Assembly: GCA_963708075.1 (NCBI GenBank)
Contig: OY970194.1
Coordinates: forward strand, 224,001-288,000
DNA: 64,000 bases
Reading direction: 5' to 3'
Source of the DNA: Sedimentisphaerales bacterium
GTDB taxonomy: Bacteria; Planctomycetota; Phycisphaerae; Sedimentisphaerales; Anaerobacaceae
Shown in pieces: positions 58,655 to 64,000 of this stretch; position 1 is the first letter of the stretch; each line of letters opens with the position of its first letter. The translations under genes were made by a program, and so were the position numbers. The notes below the pieces were generated by a model. It saw nothing but the letters and a program-made list of their open reading frames with translations, did no database searches and was not told the DNA's origin.

Positions 58655-59557
58655 TCAGGCGACCACAAAACCTTCCGCGATCAGGACCTGCCGGATCTGC
58701 GAAACGGCCTCATCCGGGACCGGCATCAGGGGCTCGCGGGGCCGGCCACCCTTGAGCCCGACGATATCCATGGCCGCCTTGACGCCCGCCACGCCCCAGG
58801 TTCCCGAGATCGCCTGGTTGAGCCGGATGAGCCCGGCGCTCATGTCCCTCGCCCGCTCATATTGGCCTTGCGTAAACAGCTCATAAAGCTCCACGCAGGC
58901 TTCCGGCACAACGTTGGCAAGCGAAAGGACCCCGCCTGTTACGCCCAGATGGAGCGACGAATAGAAGAAGCTCATCGAGCCGGCGAGGATGGAGAAATCG
59001 TCCTCGGGATTCACTTCGGCAAGGAATCGGGCGGGTCCCGCGGCCGAGGAGTCCTTCATGCCCGCGATATTCCTGTGCTTGGAAAGCTCGGCCACGGTCT
59101 TCGACGGGATCTGCACGCCCGCGGCAAACTGCGGGGCATTGTACAGCAGCACGGGCACCAGGACCGCCTCGGCGATCCTCTCGTAGTAGCGCACCAGCGC
59201 AGAGCCGTCCATCAGTTTGGGAAAGTAATGGGGAGTCAGGATGCTTGCGTAATCGAAACCCATCTGGGCGACGATATGCGATTTCTCGATGGTCTCTCTC
59301 GTCGATTCGCACCCCGTGCCGACCATCACGATCTTGTCACCCTTCTCCTGAGTGAAGACATCCAGGACCAGCAGTCGCTCCTCGTCCGTCAGGCTTTTGT
59401 ACTCGCCGTTGGAGCCGAGCGCGAGAAAGCCCGTGAGATTGGTCTTGCGAAGCCGGGCCAGGTTGTAGGCGAGGGCGTCGAGATCGGGCACATCGCCCAC
59501 GAACGGCGTGACGACCGGTGCAAACACGCCCGACAGCTTCTGCTTGTTGTCGTTCAT
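58655..59557 (-). CDS. Dihydrodipicolinate-synthase-family aldolase
   Basis: VTPF, GSNGE, LYNAP, GMKDSS Schiff-base lysine. Confidence 0.9.
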   Translation of the reverse strand: MNDNKQKLSGVFAPVVTPFVGDVPDLDALAYNLARLRKTNLTGFLALGSNGEYKSLTDEERLLVLDVFTQEKGDKIVMVGTGCESTRETIEKSHIVAQMGFDYASILTPHYFPKLMDGSALVRYYERIAEAVLVPVLLYNAPQFAAGVQIPSKTVAELSKHRNIAGMKDSSAAGPARFLAEVNPEDDFSILAGSMSFFYSSLHLGVTGGVLSLANVVPEACVELYELFTQGQYERARDMSAGLIRLNQAISGTWGVAGVKAAMDIVGLKGGRPREPLMPVPDEAVSQIRQVLIAEGFVVA

Positions 59558-59582
59558 GAGATTTCCTCACGCGTACACGCGA

Positions 59583-61584
59583 TTATTTGTCCGCCTTCCG
59601 GCGAGATAGAGTACGCTTGCCTGCCTCCAAAGTGCGGAGAATCCGTGCCGTATCGAAGACGCAACCTGCCCAGGTGCCGCCGCTGATTTCCTGCAGGGCG
59701 GCCCACAGACGCGTATCGTCGGGCAGGTCCGGGTAAGGCATCAGATCAGGTCGGGACCGGCGTTTCGCCAACAGCTTGCTGCCGAGTTGCGGGCCCTGTT
59801 TGTCGGCCGGGGTATCCGCCTCACCAATCAGATCGATGCTTCCCTCCAGCCGATTGCGGTCGATGACGATCCGGAGGATATCGCCATGGAGGACTTTACC
59901 GATGGGCCCGCCGGCAAGGGCTTCGGGTCCGACGTGGCCGATGCAGGCGCCCGTGCTGACGCCGCTGAAGCGGCCGTCCGTGATCACCGCAACGTGCTTG
60001 CCCCAGGAGAGGGCTTTCAATGCGCCCGTGACCTGGAGCGTTTCCTCCATCCCGCTGCCCAGCGGCCCGGCACAGATCACGACCATGATATCGCCGGCGC
60101 GGACGTCGCCATTTCTGATCGCCTGGATGCCCGCCCGCTCGCCGATGAACACGCGAGCCGGGCCGGTCTTACGGTACACGCCGTCCGCATCCACCAGCGA
60201 TGGGTCGATGGCGGTGCTCTTGATGACCGAGCCCTGTGGTGCGAGATTGCCCTGGCAGATCGCGATCGTGCCCGTCAGACCGCGATCCCGTGCCCTTTGC
60301 GGTGGCATGATCACATCATCGGGATCGACGCCGTCCTTGCGGAACAGAATCTCGCGAAGGCGTTTGCGCCGGTCCGAGTGTTCCCACCAGTCGAGCGTTC
60401 GCCCGAGGCTCTCGCCGGAGATGGTCAGTGCATCGAGTTCCAACAGGTCCATTGCCCGCAGATAGAGCATCACTTCCGGCACGCCGCCGGCGAGATAGGC
60501 GCGGACGGTCGGATGTCCGACCGGACCGTTGGGCAGGACATCCACAAGCCGGGGCGTCTTTCGATTGACGGTGTTCCAATCGTCGATAGCAGGGCGGTCC
60601 AGGCCCGCCGCGTGCGCGATCGCAGGAATATGCAGCAGCAGATTCGTGGACCCGCCAAAAGCGGCGAATGTCACCATCGCGTTGCGCAGTGATGCGTTTG
60701 TCAGTATCTTTCCGGCTGTCAAGTTCTGTTGCGACATCCGCAGCAGGGCGCGGGCTGAACGCCGGGCAATGTCCAGCCAGATCGCCTGTCCGGAGGGGGC
60801 AAGCGCCGCGTGCGGCAACGTCAAGCCGAGGGCCTCCGCGACTACTTGGGCAGTCGCCGCTGTGCCGAGGAACTGGCACCCGCCGCCGGCGCCGGCGCAT
60901 GCGCGACACGCCATCTGCCGCGCGTATTCGAGCGTCACCTCGCCCCGGGCGAATCTCGCTCCGATGGATTGAACAGTTCCGAGGTCCTCGCCCTCGCTCG
61001 GCGGCAGCGTCACTCCACCCGGCACGATGGCGACCGGCAGGTCGTGCATCGAAGCCAGCGCCATCATCATCGCCGGCAGGGACTTGTCGCAGGTCGCGAC
61101 GCCGAGCACGCCTTTTCGTCCCGGCAGGCTTCGGATCAGCCGCCGGTAGATGCTCGCCGCGTCGTTGCGGTAGGCGAGGCTGTCCATCATTCCCGGCGTG
61201 CCCTGGGTCCGCCCGTCGCACGGGTCCGTGCAGCAGGCGGCAAACGGCATGCAGCCGAGGGCCGTGAATTCTTTCGCCGCAGCCTCCATCAGCAGCCCGA
61301 GCTCGTAATGCCCCGAGTGATACCCGAGGGCGACGGGCCTGCCGTCCGCCCCCCGAATCCCGCCCTGGTGGCTCAACAGCAGGAATGCATCGGCGTTCAC
61401 CCGCGAAGGTTCCCACCCCATGCCGACATCCTGGATCATGCCAAATAGATCGCCGCTCGGCGCACCGCCGAGAAAATCACTTGCCAGCGGCAGTTCGCCC
61501 GCCGGACCCGGCGCGAGTAGCCACGTCATATATGCTCTCGTCGCGACCCTCAAGGATATCGTCAAGCGACATCGATCCAGACAT
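59583..61584 (-). CDS. YjhG/YagF-family D-xylonate dehydratase; apparent frameshift near 61516
   Basis: [48 protein letters not shown]; true start [17 protein letters not shown] with an AGGAG RBS lies in another frame. Confidence 0.88.
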
Positions 61585-61760
61585 CAACGTTTCTCCTGCA
61601 GAAAACGCCATAGTCTATCACGTCCCACCGCGTCCATCCACCGCGAAAGAGCAAGGAATACCGAAGGTGAGCACGATGCAACATCCTGATTCGGTGAACG
61701 AATTCATGAGTACACGGGCTGCAAGATAGGGCAATGCCTATAGGATTGCCCGTGTGCCTC

Positions 61761-62186
61761 TTACATCGATGAACCAACGTGGATGCCTGTTGCTATGGCG
61801 ATGGCAATGAACACGGCAGGCGCCCACGTCAAGAACAGGACTAAGCCCCAGAACAACTTCTGGCGTGTCAGGGGATATCGTCCCGGCATGAAGATACACA
61901 CAAACAGCGAATACCAGCCAATCACCGATGTGCAGAGCGTGCATACCAGAACCAAGTCCATCTCTGCGCCCACGCCTGCGGCAATGAAAACCCCGAGCAT
62001 GAAGCCGGCAGCGGCCGGACCAATCAGCATCGCCTCCACGGGATCTATAGAGCCGGTTCTAGTGTGTGGCAATGCGACGAATATGGACACGCCTGTCATC
62101 ACGCACGCGATCAGCAGCCCGAGGCGTCCCCTCGCCTTCAACGTCATCGTGTTCTCATCCATGGTCGCCCTCGGTAAGTCGATCAC
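61761..62186 (-). CDS. Hypothetical membrane protein
   Basis: About 4 hydrophobic segments; directly follows the PEP-CTERM gene. Confidence 0.55.
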   Translation of the reverse strand: MIDLPRATMDENTMTLKARGRLGLLIACVMTGVSIFVALPHTRTGSIDPVEAMLIGPAAAGFMLGVFIAAGVGAEMDLVLVCTLCTSVIGWYSLFVCIFMPGRYPLTRQKLFWGLVLFLTWAPAVFIAIAIATGIHVGSSM

Positions 62187-62187
62187 C

Positions 62188-63036
62188 TCACGTACGATTG
62201 CCCTTGGCAGGCCTTCGGCGCAGGACCAGGATGCCGAGGGCGAGCAGGCCCAATGTGGCTGGCTCGGGGATGGGCGCGATGTCCTCCAGGCCGAGGGGAT
62301 TGCCGAGGCCTGTGGGGCCGATGCGCGTCTTTACGCCCGTGCGGATGTCGATCGTGTACAGGCTGGATGTCGCGTTGTCAATGCCGTAAAGCACCTCCGT
62401 CTCCACATCGAAGGCGAGTCCTGCGAAGCCGACGCTTAGCAGAGCGATCTGCGTGCCTCGTCCGGTTTCCTTGTCGATCTCAATCAGAGCGGACCAGTTG
62501 AATGCCGGGCCAGCCACGATGCCATAGAGCGTGTGGGTTTCCGGATGCTCGGCCAGCCCGTGAACGGCGTTTCGATGGTCGTCGTGGAAGAAGCCGATGT
62601 GGCCGATGAGCGTGGCGGCGCCGGTAGTGACATCAATCGAGTAGAGTCCATCCCCTTTGGACACGCCGAATGTCCCGAGAAGTCCCGCCGTACAAGGGTC
62701 GTACGCCAAGCCGTGCATGAGGCTGATGCCCAACTCGCCGATAAGGGTGGCTTGCCCTGTGGTGTAGTCGATGGAGCACAGTTTGTCGGTGCGCGTCGTG
62801 GTTGCGTACAGTATGTCGCCGGCGGGGTCGTAGGCCAGACCCGCCACGATGTCGTTCTCGTCCAGCCCGGTATGCCCGATGCGGGTTGCTGCCGCCGTCT
62901 CGGGATCGATGCTATACAACGTCCCCGTGTCCGCATCGACCGTGACCAGCATGGCGCCGGCCGGCCTGACGGATACGATCATCAGCAATGCAGTCCACGC
63001 CACCGGGAACAAATAGGCGTGCGCGGTTCTATCCAT
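62188..63036 (-). CDS. PEP-CTERM protein with beta-propeller-like repeats
   Basis: Repeats LYSID..TG.AT.IG; IPEPATLGLLALGILVLRRR. Confidence 0.88.
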   Translation of the reverse strand: MDRTAHAYLFPVAWTALLMIVSVRPAGAMLVTVDADTGTLYSIDPETAAATRIGHTGLDENDIVAGLAYDPAGDILYATTTRTDKLCSIDYTTGQATLIGELGISLMHGLAYDPCTAGLLGTFGVSKGDGLYSIDVTTGAATLIGHIGFFHDDHRNAVHGLAEHPETHTLYGIVAGPAFNWSALIEIDKETGRGTQIALLSVGFAGLAFDVETEVLYGIDNATSSLYTIDIRTGVKTRIGPTGLGNPLGLEDIAPIPEPATLGLLALGILVLRRRPAKGNRT

Positions 63037-63475
63037 CCTTTTGTCCTCCGACTCCGCGTCCTCATAGTCAAAAGACAGCCCGACCTGCACACTTCACGCG
63101 CTCCGTGGCAGTTCCAGGATACGATGGCTATCTCCTTCAAATCTCCATCCCGATTGTAGCCGGGATTCCCGCCTGAGGCAAGGGAAAAACGACAGTGAAC
63201 AGCGAGGCAGAATGCACGAGCCGCCTGTGGTGCGCAGCTCGCTTCGGCGAGGGTACCTCCGACTCAATACCCGATGATCCTATGTATTCCGGACAGCTCT
63301 CGTTATAATATTGGAACGGATTCCGGGGCTATGCGTCGTGTTCTTTAGTGATGGAAAGCTACAGTAGCCCGGGACCCGTGGTTTTCCGGGACTTGGATGT
63401 CGCATCCCGGATTTCGTGCGGAGCCGAGTTGGGGATTGGCAGGGGCTTTGCGGGATACATTGAAGGGAGGAAACG

Positions 63476-64000
63476 ATGAGGAAAAGCACGATTCATTCCG
63501 ACATGTGCCGGTCCATCGTGGTTTGCTTCCTGGTAGTAACTGCGTGGTCCCTCTGTCCCGTGGCAGGGGGGGTGGAGGACGCGAATCTTGCCGCCGACCC
63601 CAATTCCGCCGAGTTTTGGTGGCAGTGGACTCAGGCCGAGCCCAACGATCCAGATCTGACCGGCTCGGTATATTGGACGGACAAGGATCGTGGTTTGATT
63701 CAGCGCCGGTTCCTGGCCGGCGGATCGGTGATGACGCTGTTGACTCGGGAGCAAGGCCTGCAGCAACCTTATGGTCTTGCGATAGATCGGCTCCGCAACC
63801 GGCTGTATTGGGCGGATATGGGGGTGATCTACAGCGCCCGCCTGGATGGCACGGACATCAAGGCCCTGGTTTCCGGATTGACCTTTCCCGCCGACCTTGC
63901 CCTGCATGCAGGTGCGGGCCATCTGTACTGGACGGATCAGACGGCGGGACTCATCCAGAGGCTGGACCTGGAGCGGGGAGAGGTCGAGACCCTTCTGACG
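63476..64000 (+). CDS. Secreted YWTD (LDL-receptor class B-like) repeat protein, 5' part
   Basis: Manual translation, open to the window end: VYWTD, LYWAD, LYWTD; GGAGG RBS. Confidence 0.8.
   Translation, partial: MRKSTIHSDMCRSIVVCFLVVTAWSLCPVAGGVEDANLAADPNSAEFWWQWTQAEPNDPDLTGSVYWTDKDRGLIQRRFLAGGSVMTLLTREQGLQQPYGLAIDRLRNRLYWADMGVIYSARLDGTDIKALVSGLTFPADLALHAGAGHLYWTDQTAGLIQRLDLERGEVETLLT

Noticed and set aside
1..64000. tRNA or rRNA genes
   Set aside because: None recognised in any intergenic region by eye.

Overview
GC-rich bacterial chromosome segment, probably a Planctomycetota (Phycisphaerae/Sedimentisphaerales-like) genome. That assignment is inferred from the PAP/PEP-CTERM, LamG/CBM9, prepilin-type and HAF proteins and the repeat families. 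Core content: a trpE-G-D-F-B-A operon (no trpC) with an unannotated Trp-Trp-Trp leader peptide and a full attenuator, ispD, cobO, an M48 peptidase, a BaiN-type flavoprotein, a PRC-barrel protein, a two-component system, an SSS symporter, a Rieske/cytochrome b operon flanked by 15-heme and 5-heme cytochromes c, carbohydrate-active enzymes, a membrane-anchored serpin and a xylonate-dehydratase/aldolase/kinase cluster. There are two accessory hotspots. (i) 8.7-15.6 kb holds a dead DUF4258/YgiT toxin-antitoxin (TA) pair between 108-bp direct repeats, two miniature copies of it with identical double deletions, cargo genes each followed by a palindromic site, and a promoter-led array of nine 18-nt repeats whose variable spacers are built from the genome's other repeat families (no cas genes). 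(ii) 26-34 kb holds an HNH-AP2 endonuclease with a MITE-like element, mobile mystery proteins A/B with phased operators, and an AbiEi-like gene split by an IS3. Three frameshifts were found and may be assembly errors. No rRNA, tRNA or canonical CRISPR was seen. Family names come from motif recognition by eye, not from database searches.
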